Source: Tubiluchus corallicola (Eukaryota > Animalia > Priapulida). Taken from it: 64,000 bases of DNA. The notes below the pieces were generated by a model that had not been told where the DNA came from, did not search any database, and saw only the letters and a program-made list of their open reading frames with translations. This document shows positions 1-11,935 of the stretch, one piece after another. The DNA is taken from contig JAQGDQ010000134.1 of assembly GCA_030141605.1 (NCBI GenBank), positions 394,816 through 458,815 on the forward strand. Direction: 5' to 3'. Made by a program: the position numbers and the translations under genes. Position 1 is the stretch's first letter, and each line of letters starts with the position of its first letter.

Positions 1-609
1 ATCAACTATTGTAGGCTGTCTAGTCTACCTGTGACTCTGAAAAAAACTTTTGACTGGAAACTATCATTTAAAATTGTGGTACTGTTAAGTAATCTTACAG
101 ATATTTAACCTGACTTGGCAGGAGATTATTAATAAAATAGTTTACTGTCGAGGAGCCTGGGCTTAGTTCAAAGTAGAATGTTAACCCAGGGGTCCGGGAA
201 ATCGACCATAGCACCACCCCATTATTTGGCAAAACATTTTAAGTATATTTTCCTGTTTTAGTAACCCTTTTAGTGTGCACAAGCCCTCATGCAAATTTTT
301 ACATCCTGTTTGTTAGACCGCAAGGACTTCCGGCCAACCCTGGCGATTATTCTTTTACGTGTTTGGAAAAATCTATGTAAACGTTATTCTGCAAGAAAGT
401 CTAAAGCCCAGGAGTTGCTGGAAGCTAAAACGTATTTATTAAAAAGTTTAAAAGCTTTAAAAGTGACAACCTTCACTTCGTCAAATCATTTGCATGACTC
501 GTTTTTATAGAAACCCTAACGGAACGCCGGGCCATTCTTAAACTATCATTTAAAACATTCTACCCTGTAAAATATTGAAAAGGAACAAACTATTTTTTAG
601 AAATGTTTT

Positions 610-862
610 ACGTAAAACAATTATTACCACAGAAACGTAATTTCGCGTTTGTTCTTCGCTGTTACATTGATTTCGCCAATCGTTGGTTAGATTTGCAGTA
701 GCGCCTGTATCACGGAAATGCGTTGAAGAAAAACAGGTGCTGTAGCTCTCAGTTTAGAGGTGTTTAGTTGTGACGTAGCACACAAGTTTGAGAACTCATG
801 CGTGAGCACAGAGGGTAATCTGTAATTTGAATTTTAAATTTAAAATTTGTCGAGTTTTAGTA
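610..862 (-). repeat. Interspersed repeat family, copy 1 of 3 (other copies ~33100-33354 and ~34050-34309, + strand)
   Basis: Its reverse complement shares blocks such as aaaattcaaattaca, gagxtacagcacctgtttt, atgtaacagc and tgtggtaataatt with both + strand copies. Confidence 0.7.
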
Positions 863-907
863 TGTGTATCGTATTGAATGGTGTACAGTAGTACCAGTTT
901 TGACGAA

Positions 908-1050
908 GCGGTTTATTATAGTCTAGTGGTAATGCGTCCGCTTTCCGACTGGGAGATGAGTTTGATATAGCCGGCCGGTCGTACCAAAGACTTTAAAAAT
1001 GGTGCGTTCTGTTGCCTTACCTGGCGAGTGGTATTAATCGTAAAAGTGGG
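908..1050 (+). mobile_element. Degenerate tRNA-derived SINE with a Meta/MESC-like core
   Basis: A-box-like tagtctagtggt and a decayed B-box, then ggtcgtaccaaagactttaaaaatggt...tgccttacctggcg, which resembles the MetaSINE core as I recall it. Confidence 0.55.
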
Positions 1051-1954
1051 GTAATAATAGTCTCTGTTATGTAGGTGTATATTAAATTTTGTTATTTACA
1101 GTCAGTCAAAAAAAGAGCTTATGTAAATTATTAATCCAAAAGCCGACTTTAAATAAAGGTTATTATTATTTGTAATAGTAGTGGTGGTAGTGGCGGTGGC
1201 GGTAACGGTAGTAATAGCAGTACTGTAGTTCAATTTTCGCTTTCGCAAACACGTGCAGCACGCCCGTAGGATGTTTGTGCTGTTGAAAATTATGTTCAGT
1301 TGTGATGTCACTACTAGTTGAGCTCGCCCGCCGTTAATTGGGTTTTTAACTTGTTATTTAATTATCAGAAATGGTTTGGCATTACTACAGGTGCCAAAAT
1401 GTATACTTTGTACCATACTTCAAAATGGCATTTCGTAGGATATGAAAAATCATCCTATTCGCCTATACTATAAATGAAATTCTTCGTGACAACTGAGCTG
1501 TATTTTTTCTACAAAAACAGAAATAAAATTATAAAAAAGTTATATATGGTACACTGAATTTATTTCTTAGCGATAAATAGCAATGCATCTATGTAATATA
1601 TTTGAGTTTCGAAGAAATGTACCTCATTTGTACATAGTATTTATTTAAAACCGTATGTGCGATTAATAAATCGAATAATAATTAGCGTCATTATAATTAA
1701 GTTTGTGATTTTTCTACTTTTGCTCTCTGAACAACTCGATGAGCCTCACTGGTGTAGTAAATTTCGAAAACCAACTATTGTCCGCCTCCCGATTTCGATT
1801 GGCTTCTTTAGTTTCCTTGGTGGCTTCTTTTACCATTTCCTGTTTTTGCTCCTTATTTTGCGTGTCATCGTAACAAAGGAACAATCGACAACCAATCCCA
1901 CAATTCATACAGATTTTTTTTGTCGCATAAAGAGTCTTTCCGGTTTCTCCCTTC

Positions 1955-4318
1955 TCACTGATGACTGTGTAATTTGTTGAGAAATTGTCTGCACATGTTC
2001 TTGTAATAAGAGAGTGGTTTGGCGGGTGCGCTCACACTGTTCTTTCCCATCTCATCCCAGCTTAACAAAGATATGACGTCACCACCGTGATTCGTGACGA
2101 AACGCAGGGCTTCTCTGTGCGACATGGCGCCGCCCATTTCCTTTATCATTCGACGGTTGATTGGCAAAGTTTCTGCAAGAGATTAATAAATCATAATGTC
2201 GTACATGTACCTGGCAGTTGAAGATAGACCTCGGTGTATGAAGTGACTTAATTTTATGATTAAATACTATTGTACGTTATTATCTTAATGCTAAGGTTAT
2301 TATTAATGATTAATGATTACTATTATTAATAATAAATCAATGATTAAATTGGACTTTGAAACCAAACTCGAAAAAACAGGAAATTTGAAAAAGTTGTAAC
2401 ACAGCCTGGATTTGAACCAGGGACTTTCGGCTTACCCAGCAGACGTCATAACGCTAGACTACATTGATTGAACTAATAATAAGCAATCTGACATTGCATA
2501 TGCTTAACTGGCTATCCAGCTACAAGGGATGAAGTTTGGACTGTCCTAATTGCTGGATAAACAATAGTCCAACGTAGTCATGACGTCTGCTGGATAGGCA
2601 GATATCTCTTCTTCAAATCGCGCGTGCAAACCTATTTCAACGTTTCACATTTCCCATTTTCAAGTTTGGTTTCAAAATTCACTGTTCAGTTTTCAAGTTT
2701 AGTTTCAAAGTTCAAAAGGAATTTTGGTTTTGTAAATCAATACCATGCCGTTTTCATCAGATAAATTAAAACTATTGGAAATGCATTACTAATTTTTACC
2801 TGAGACGTACGTTGGGTCGAGGAATGCAAGAAGTCTGACTCCCTCCACGTGGTTTCTCAAGAGATTGGTGAGTGATCTCGGAAATCCTCTGTCCTCCAGG
2901 AAAGCGGCTCCTACTATCCCATGACGTAAGTTTATCTGTAACTGACGCTCAGTGACGTACGGCAGAACGAACTCGTGAGACGGAGGAGCGGTGCGCCCAT
3001 CTTTGATCAGAAGTCCAATGTCGTGAAAGAACGTGGCTAGGATGACCTGCGTGAACGAAACTAATTTTTAGATAAAATAAGAATCAATCGACGTCTTCAG
3101 TAACAAAAATGCACTAAAATCATAGAGCACAACTCAGTTTTTATGGCTGTGCATTTCAGGAAAGATCTGTGAGTTTAGGACTTACAACGCTTTACTGCTG
3201 GTTCACAGTCGTCATAGGATCCAAAATTCATGAAAATTTAGAATACGCATTATTTGACTAACAATAAATAAATTGCAGAGTTTTGTATTACACGAACAAC
3301 GAGAACGAAAGCAGCTTCGAGAATGAGACGGTGAAAAGTTCTTTTTATAGAGTTACATCGCAAGCGAGCAACCCAAAAATCGAGAAACAGTCAAACATCG
3401 GATTACAACGAATACTCGCATTATTTTTTGCATTTTTTTCTGTGATTTCTGTGGTCCATTATGCGAACATATTATATTATAAATTTCACTCGTTCTAGAA
3501 AACATATATCTGCATCGTTGTCAGATTGCAAGATCGTAAATAAAACGTATAATATAAGAAACGCCAGGCACTTGCAGAGCACTTACGGGGAAGCGAATTA
3601 AAATTAGTTGGCAGCTAAATAAAACGATGAAGATATTCAAGCATTGAGATTTTCAGTTGCTAGTGAATTCCAAATGTTTACAACACTGTTTGCAAGAGAG
3701 TATTTGACCAAATTTAATGTACAAAGGTTTTAATATAACATTTAAAACCTTTCCGCTTAGACGTGTTGTGAGATCTAAAGAAATCATCTACAAACTATGA
3801 CCTATTATAATCACTATTTTTTAGTTGCTTGCGAAGTAACTGTATAACATGACCTATTTCGCTGCAACCCCGATCTCGTTCTCGTTGTTCATTTAATAAA
3901 TTTTTAGACAGTTTTTATATTGTGACATCACAATAGAGTTACTCCTTATTTTAAATTTCTACAAACTAACGGATACACGGTAACAGTAAACAGCCATCTA
4001 AAGACATATCCCGATAGTTGGGCAAAAAAGCCCAATAAGCAAGCAACCTAATACTTCGCATTTCAGACTACTTAAAATTCTACAAGAAATCTCTGTTTTA
4101 ATTTCTAATGGTTGCTATACTTAGTATGGTACTTTTTCTTAAAATGTCTATACCTCATCAGAGAAACCTTCCTGCTCAGCAAGCATTGCACATTGCGTCA
4201 TATGCTCCAACTTCGTCATCCCGTCAATCAGGTACCGTTCCGTTCCGTGTTTTTCATACAAACCAAAAATCTCGTCTAGAACCCGTTCCACGTCATTTCC
4301 GTTCCTCATTGCGAACAT
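1955..4318 (-). CDS. PhnZ-like HD-domain diiron protein (2-amino-1-hydroxyethylphosphonate dioxygenase family), 209 aa, 3 exons
   Basis: Exons 4318-4154, 3046-2800 and 2172-1955 have GT-AG boundaries, phases 0 and 1, and total 630 nt. Protein: MFAMRNGNDVERVLDEIFGLYEKHGTERYLIDGMTKLEHMTQCAMLAEQEGFSDE|VILATFFHDIGL...RHGIVGAAFLEDRGFPRSLTNLLRNHVEGVRLL...GGAMSHREA...SWDEMGK...PLSYYKNMC. The Y-x9-H, H-x23-HD and H-x23-H spacings match PhnZ. Confidence 0.85.
2351..2690. mobile_element. Foldback/MITE-like element containing two inverted tRNA-like arms (intron 2 of the PhnZ-like gene)
   Basis: Terminal arms tttgaaaccaaact...ggaaatttgaaaaagttg and caacgtttcacatttccc...agtttggtttcaaaa are inverted. Internally, ccagcagacgtcat pairs with atgacgtctgctgg. 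A B-box ggttcaaatcc lies on the - strand at ~2408-2418. A related copy is at 25221-25430. Confidence 0.6.
3290..3900. mobile_element. Degenerate MITE-like segment in intron 1 of the PhnZ-like gene
   Basis: aacaacgagaacga (~3295) and tcgttctcgttgtt (~3876) are inverted repeats. No TSD could be resolved. Confidence 0.35.
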
Positions 4319-5640
4319 GGTCACATTTACAAAGCTGGGACGTCTTTGTAACAGCTCTCACTGTACGTACAGCACGGGCACAAGGCTCGAACTGACTTAC
4401 GCACTGATTTAACTCAATATTTCAGTTCCTACCGGCAAACCAGCACGTATTCATGGCCAAAATGAAAATATTTTTTCTAACATCCGGTTTTGCGTTCACC
4501 GAAGTGAAGAAGTAGTTTCTGAGAAAAAAATGATGGTCATTAATGCGCCAGAAAGTCTGCGATCTAGCCGCACTTTAAAAATCTTTTTTTGCAGCCAAGA
4601 AGCCACGCTGCTAAAATCATGTATAACAAAGCGGGAATACCTACTATAGACCTATGATCATGTTTGCAGTGTTTGTGAAATGACAGTATATTTAGGCATC
4701 CCGTACTTGTGCGCAACTTTGTATTTTCCTTTAAAAATCGACTTTTAATAGTTCTAATCTGTACGTCAAATTTGTTTTAGAGTGTAATACTTATATTAGT
4801 TATACTCTGCATGCGAAATGGAGATCAATTCTATTCCGTAGACCTAACGATTTTATTACTTGAATTTATGAATTTTAATTAATATTTCTATTGACTGTGT
4901 ATTAATGTAAATATTAACTGATAATCATGTAAATGGACTTATAGTCCTATAATCATGTGCTTGTATATTACGTGTTTGTGTGTAATTAATTTAATCCTTA
5001 TTTTGAGTACTTAGATTTTAATAAAGGTAGTTTTAATTTCACGGGTTTTATGTTTTGTATTTTATATGGACTTTCTTGTTTGAAATAAAATTATAATCAA
5101 TCTGTACTAAAAATTCGAAGTATTATCGTGTACACATTTGTACGGTTTACAAATGTACTGTCTATTTTTTACGGAGTGCAGGTCGCGCCTACTGATTAAC
5201 GTAATGCACATTAACAAAAACAGATAACTCGTTTAATGTAACCACTGTACAAACAAATTTAAAGATAACACAAACCGACAATTAATTTAATTTGAATTAA
5301 TCTAGTTAGATAGAATATACTTCTAGTGTCAGCGATCAAGCATTGAAAATGCTAAAACTCACTGGTCAGCTACATAGGATGAGCTTCTACAGTTTCATAA
5401 AATTTCCGCTGCACATAGTCAATAGTTACGGCGCCTTGTCCTTTGAAGGAAGTCCTAGTTCAAATACAGAACGTGTTATATTTTTTTCATACTTCATGTG
5501 GTTAGCGGCGTTCATTCGAGACTTAAATAAAAAATAAAAACGTAATTATTTTAGACCGCGTGACTTACGTTTCTAACTCAGTTTAACTTTAAAATAGATA
5601 ATTTCTGCAAAAAACGACGGCGGGAATACTTAGCGTAGAT

Positions 5641-5913
<273 letters not shown>

Positions 5914-6682
5914 TTCAAATGAATAAATAAGAATTTTGGCTCAGGAATAGTGATACAAAGGAAGAACACAATGTTTCAAACTACCACTACAGTTCTTCTT
6001 CGAGGGAACAAAAAAACGAAAAAGAAACCACAAGGAATTACCAGTACTGAACTAGTTTTTTGGAGATGTTTTTCTTTAAATTATTAACACATAACTAGGA
6101 TATCGTACTAAAAAACGTAGACAATGACTTCTGTTGTACATCCCTGATTCTCCCTCGTGCTTTTATTTGCTTTTTAGTGTGATATCCTTTTATATGTTAA
6201 TAATATAAACGAAATATTCTATCCCAAAATAGTCCAGTAGTTCTAGTAATTCCACGTAATTTTTTCTTTCTGTTTGACCACTTTTTTCCCAGGTGGGGAG
6301 AACTGCAGTCGTGGTTTGAAACGTTGTGTTCTTTCGTTCCTTTTGCTTGTTTTTTATTCAAACATTAAAAATTCTAAGTCCATTTTGCATACAATTCGTT
6401 TTTTTATCATTCGCCATAAAATTACATCTTGCACTACACAATGCTCGCCTTTCATTATTTGCGTCTCCCTATACAGTTACTGTATTACGCCTGCGGGCGT
6501 ATAAGCACTGCTGTAAAAAGTAGGCTTATCTGTGATATTGTACCTATAATTTACACAAAACGAGATGGGCAGGATAGAACATAGGTCAAACTATTCAAGC
6601 CCATTAACTGGCCAGTTACTATCCTTATTGTTTGAGTTGTAACACAACAAACGGCTCCAGAATTGCATGTCATTGACGGTCA

Positions 6683-6700
6683 ATTGATGACGTCATCAAT
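6683..6700. promoter_or_regulatory. 18-bp palindrome with a full CRE/ATF site (TGACGTCA), ~380 bp upstream of the homeobox ATG
   Basis: attgatgacgtcatcaat is a perfect palindrome with the CRE core at 6688-6695. Function is inferred from position only. Confidence 0.4.
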
Positions 6701-7079
6701 AGTAATTATTGGCTCAGCTGGCTAGGTGGCGTAAGACTGGACCGGAGTTTGTTGCTTTATGTATAATTTTCTCAAATTGCCCTTCTACATAATTTTGTTA
6801 GGGCAAAATGTCTGAAGGTGACAATGTTCTCCTTTACTAACTGAAACATTAGCCTTAGTAAAACAGTTAATTTTAATTTTACCGCCTTTGTCGGTAGCGC
6901 ATTCTAATTAAGCTAGCTCCGCCCTACTACTCCCCCGGGGCGCGCTTGACCGGAAACTTGGAAAACCCAGGCGAAAAGTTACTCCCGAATCAGCACTGAC
7001 CAGTCACTACTTCATTAGCGAACTTTTTTTGCAGCTAAGAAAGTGTTAAAGACGAGACGCAAGAATGATTTGAATCCCA

Positions 7080-9203
7080 ATGGCGAAAGAGGTGTCTTAT
7101 CTTGGCATAGTTTACGAAGAGGAACACCAGAGGTTGATTAGTCAGTTAGCAGACATTACCAGCGATTATGAGCAATTGATCTCAGAGAGGACATTTCAGA
7201 GTGATGGCTTGGTCGAAGCCATTTTACATGAAGAAGAGGCGAATATCGCTGGTGAGATGTTTACTGATTTCTTCACAATTTACATCAATTCTCCTGGTTC
7301 ATTAAATTTTTGCTTTCCCGACCTAATTTCTCCTTCGTTCTCCCCACCTTGGTGACCCATATAGTTTGTATCGTATGGTTTGCAAAACTTTAGGAATAGG
7401 CCTATATCCGCTGGGTTCCATGTAGTACAGCGTAATAATATGATGATATCGTCTTATAATACGCCGTATTTTATTTTCACTATTCATTATGTACAGGTTT
7501 ACAAACAGAAAGTATCGTTCGAACCAAGTTACATACATGTTGACAATGAATTGCAGAATTAATTTCTAATTATTATACACATTAATTTTATAAGTGAATT
7601 GCCCTAAAATTGTACTTATCAACATAAATAAAATAATGTAGGTGTGCCTATATATATATATTATATATATATAGAAACTGGTCAATAAACTTAAAGATAA
7701 TTGTTATATAACAATTATCTTTAAGTTTATTGACCAGTTTCAGTAAAATGCACAGCATTCAGGATGCAATAAAACACGAAAACTTTCAGGACGCAAAATT
7801 TCAAGTTAGCTTTGGAGTAATGGGTAGTTTCACAAAACTGTCGAACTGTACAAGGAACATGTGCTTTTCCACGTTTTTCCCAGTATCAGGCACTGTCGTC
7901 CATTTAATATGCGTTGCGTAGACAATCTTAGAGCGTGCAACAAGAATACGCTTCACGGAAATTTATATTATTATATTATTTTGAACTATGGTCTAAAGCT
8001 TTTTCCTCTAAAATTTCATTAGATAGGTAGATAGATAAAAGGCTTATTTTCATACAAAAATTGTCATACTTATCAGTTAAAAACTATTAAGATTGCATAA
8101 TTTGCAATAAAAAGACAATTAAAAGACATTAGCTGTAAACAATAAAATGATAAAAAATATACTAAGATCACACAGAGAGCAATACTAATACAACCTACTA
8201 GTAAAAACTACGCGATAACACTAATAACACACTGAACCATTAATAAAAAATCAAATAAAAAACTAAAAGAATCTACCTATTCGTCACGAGCATATTACTA
8301 CTATATAAAAGTCTAATCATATAGGTACAGGTGAATAAAATCTATGATTTGTTTTACATGTATCTTCGTGCAAGGTTTTCCTTTTTCTTAATTGCATCGA
8401 GAGTAAATTTGAACGAACTGGAAACAAATTGACAGTGTCTTTGCGAACCACGAGCAATAATTTGCTGATATGTGAATAAACTATTGTTTATTTCAGCCGG
8501 TAATTCGACGATTCTAGGGTTGTGTGGTGAATCAAAAAATTCTACCACTGTAGCATCAGCTGCAGCTGCAGCAGTAGAAACAGGAAAATCGAAAACGTTG
8601 GGATCTAAAAAACGCCAGATGCGACCGCCAGTGAGGAATCCTCTACCCCCCAAAGCTGTTGAAATCATGGAGAGGTGGTACGTGACTCACACAAACTTTC
8701 CCTACCCTGAACGAGTTCAAATGGCCAAAATGGCCGACGAAGGTGGAATTTCAGCCACGCAAGTCAAATCCTGGTTCACTCGGAGGCGCAAGAAAACGAA
8801 GAAATCGCTGATGGAAGAACAAAAGAAAGAAAATCTGCAAGCTGGCAGACTGCCCGGCTTGGTATCTCCGGTTTTTAAGCGGTTTGCACCAACACATCAC
8901 CATGGTGATTATGGCTCCATAAACAAACGTCAAGGGAACACGTTGTCCTGGTCTCCAAAACTAACAGATTTTCCGGTGTATTCGCTAGCCGGACATCCTA
9001 CACCTGTCCGAGTTGTACCACCTCCTCAGTACCAGTCACCGGATGGTGGCTATTATTCCCAGTCGGACGATGATCGTCAAGATCATTTTCCCATGTTGCC
9101 TTTTCCAGAAATGAATGTGGAGAACAGCGAGAAGTTAGCCAAGAATATGACATCAGCATGGAATTTGTCAATGTTGCCTGTTGTTGCACGAATGCACCTG
9201 TAA
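7080..9203 (+). CDS. Divergent TALE-class homeobox protein, 292 aa, 2 exons
   Basis: Exons 7080-7251 (donor g|gtgag) and 8497-9203 (acceptor tttcag|cc) join in phase 1. The homeodomain LPPKAVEIMERWYVTHTNFPYPERVQMAKMADEGGISATQVKSWFTRRRKK has the TALE PYP loop and WF. Confidence 0.85.
7674..7741. repeat. Perfect 68-bp spacerless palindrome in the homeobox intron, next to a (TA)n run
   Basis: gaaactggtcaataaacttaaagataattgttat|ataacaattatctttaagtttattgaccagtttc; the 34-bp arms are exact reverse complements. Confidence 0.95.
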
Positions 9204-10255
9204 TCAAGACAGCTTGGCTAAAACTTGACAACTCTATAAGACCCGTGGTTTATTTAACACACCCTGTTGTGTTTATGCACATAATGTTGTTTATCCATTT
9301 AGTTAGTTAAATTGCAGTTAAGTACCGTCGTGGTCACCATTGACTTTTTTGTTTTCTTGCCTCATTCCTGTGCAGGTATTACCGTGCCGTGCACTGAACA
9401 CTTACTAAAGCATCGGTACAAATGGTATTTGTTGGTGGCACTAAAATTAATATAAGATCATTTCTTGGACCCTGTCTCTAGTAAAACGTTACAGATTGTG
9501 CAAAGTGGCTGGAAAAAATCTGCAATTCTCGAAAATTGTACCGGTGTTCATATTGGCGATTCCCTGTGATGTTTCAATGAACGCGAGTTAGAAAAATCAC
9601 ACTGTGATTCTGTTTCTGTCAACCTTTTGTATGGTACAATAATTTAAAGTTAAAGCAACTCTCTGTTTAGATAATTTTGTACTGCAGTAGTAGAATAATT
9701 GACTTACTTTTGATACTAACGTGACTATGTGTAATTACATCTGTAGTGCTAGTAATATGGAAAAATGTTCCCGGTTAGATGTTAAATGTTAGATTTTATG
9801 AATCATGACTAAGCTAACGATTGTGTGAGTTCTGGCAGTTTTATTCGCTGTTCATACACCACCTGTTTAAGTAAGCTTATTTTCATGAACTGTAGCTGCT
9901 AAGAACAGCCAGGAATCTGCGTACTCAGCAACTATGACATCGCAAAACTATCAGTGTGTTTTTATCTGTGGTTATTTGCCAAGTCAAAGGCGATGGGTGT
10001 GTTTAATTTCACTTACTTGTTAATTTTTACACAGCTGATGTATTCATCCAAACTTTTCATTGCACTTCTTACTGTGATTCTAGATTATTTGTATCAGCAC
10101 CAGTAGATTGTGATTAATACTCTTGTGATGTAGGCCTCACGTGTGTATTTGTGATGAAAAAAGATTAAAAGTAATTAAAATGGAAACAATTATAAATAAA
10201 CGGATTTAGAAAAGTTTTTTTACTGTTGCAGTTCTTTTTGCGTAGCGAAATCTTA

Positions 10256-10279
10256 TATAAATATATACATGAGTGTGTG

Positions 10280-10311
<32 letters not shown>

Positions 10312-10328
10312 TGCCTGTGTGTGTATAT

Positions 10329-10390
<62 letters not shown>
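10256..10390. repeat. Compound microsatellite (GT)n(GCGT)n(AC)n(AT)n
   Basis: Directly visible. The GT and AC tracts are mutually complementary. Confidence 0.95.
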
Positions 10391-11189
10391 GATGCATATT
10401 TGCAAAAGTGACCTATTCATACTGGGCAAACGTGAATTAGGCTTAAATAAAGAGTTATTATGGCAAGCTACCTTGCAAGACCTGTGCACTTTTTTCAGAT
10501 TATCTGCTTTTTTGCGTTTGCTTATTCTTATCTTTCTACATTTGTGTTTAGATTTCTATTGTTTTCCATCATTTTGAAAAAATTTTGTTTTAATCGCGTT
10601 ACCTAATGTCTTGGTATTTTTGATATCACAATGTCCATATTCAAGCAACCAGTGCGCGTTTCGATTCTTGCTGTTCTGAAATATCATTCAGCACTAGAAA
10701 TGTTCCCCAAGCTCCTTTTTGCACGAACACTCGCCGTGAGTAAATAAACGTAATTCAACTTTTATTGATCACTTGAAATTGATAGAAATAATACAATTTT
10801 GGTCGCGTGGATACCGTCGCTTGTAACAACAGACGTCACCATTTATCCAACCTCAAAAAATTGTAAATTTGATGCATAAAAAGAGCGGCCAACAATCTAA
10901 CCACAATGTAAGTTCTCTTTGAGCAGACGATGGATGAGCTTTCTCCAGGCTATGCTAAGAGAGAGCTCAAAAGGAAATGCCAAAATGGTTAAATTCTGTA
11001 AGAAAATTTTGTAATCGGCAACGACGGGCGATACAAGAAAGGTGGGTTGATTACCATCTGTTACATTAGCAGAATTTCTTTAACAATATACAATTCTGCA
11101 ACTCAACAAATTTGCTGTGCATTTTTATGCGAACGAAACGATAATTTAAAGGGCACAATCTCAACAATTAATAATGGAAAAAGTACAAT

Positions 11190-11690
11190 AATGTAGGATA
11201 AAATAGAATAAAAGAGAATAGTATAGAATAGGATAAGACAGGACGGCACAGGATAAGACAGAATGAAATGTATTAGAAGTCAGAACAGAACAGAAACTAA
11301 CCGGAAGGAGCAGGATGGAATGGGACAAGACAGCATAGGTCAAAATAAGAGAGTACGATGTACGTGCAGCAATGTATAGCATGAGTCTGCAACGCAGGAC
11401 GGAGTCACTTAACTAAACAGAACAACGGAATGGAGCGAAACACAGAACAAAACAGAAAAAGACGGGTCAATGTGGACTGGCAAATAAAGAAGAAATGGGG
11501 CGGGCAGCACACTGTAGTAGGTATAGTGATAGGAATTAAATAAAACAGAGAGATGGACGAACGCAACACAATGGAATTGAATAACAAAATAGAATAGAAT
11601 GTATCAGAGTAGAAGTACAGGAATAAAGACAGGACAAAAAGACTCAACTGTCGTTTCAGGCGAAACGAGAACAGAACTGAATAGAATATT
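11190..11690. repeat. Degenerate pentamer low-complexity tract (aatag/gacag/ggaat variants)
   Basis: Purine-rich 5-mer periodicity, e.g. atagaataggataagacaggacggcacaggataagacagaat. Confidence 0.7.
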
Positions 11691-11935
11691 TGTTGTTCAT
11701 AGTACATTCATTTCACTAAACTAAACTACATATGATTGCTATGAAACGACTTTTATGCATATTTACGCAGAATCTTATACCAATTCTAACTAACATTTTC
11801 TTGTAAATAAGCTTACTATGTTTTCTGTAAAGTAACTCTTTGCGTTTTTTACTTGTGTCTAATTTTTATTTTTGATTTGTTGACTTTAAAAGTCTGAAAT
11901 AAATTTATAGAATTTCCTTTACGAATAATAGTAAA

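Noticed and set aside
1657-1980. 107-aa hydrophobic ORF
   Set aside because: It lies antisense to the 3' end and 3' UTR of the PhnZ-like gene, starts at GTG and has no motif.
2392-2466. Functional tRNA gene
   Set aside because: A/B boxes are present, but the acceptor stem and cloverleaf are not convincing and it lies in a repeated foldback element.
1955-4318. Bacterial contamination or very recent HGT for the PhnZ-like gene
   Set aside because: It has two spliceosomal introns containing host repeats, so it is an integrated eukaryotic gene. Older HGT cannot be judged without a phylogeny.
10165-10577. Five overlapping short ORFs
   Set aside because: Products of the compound microsatellite.
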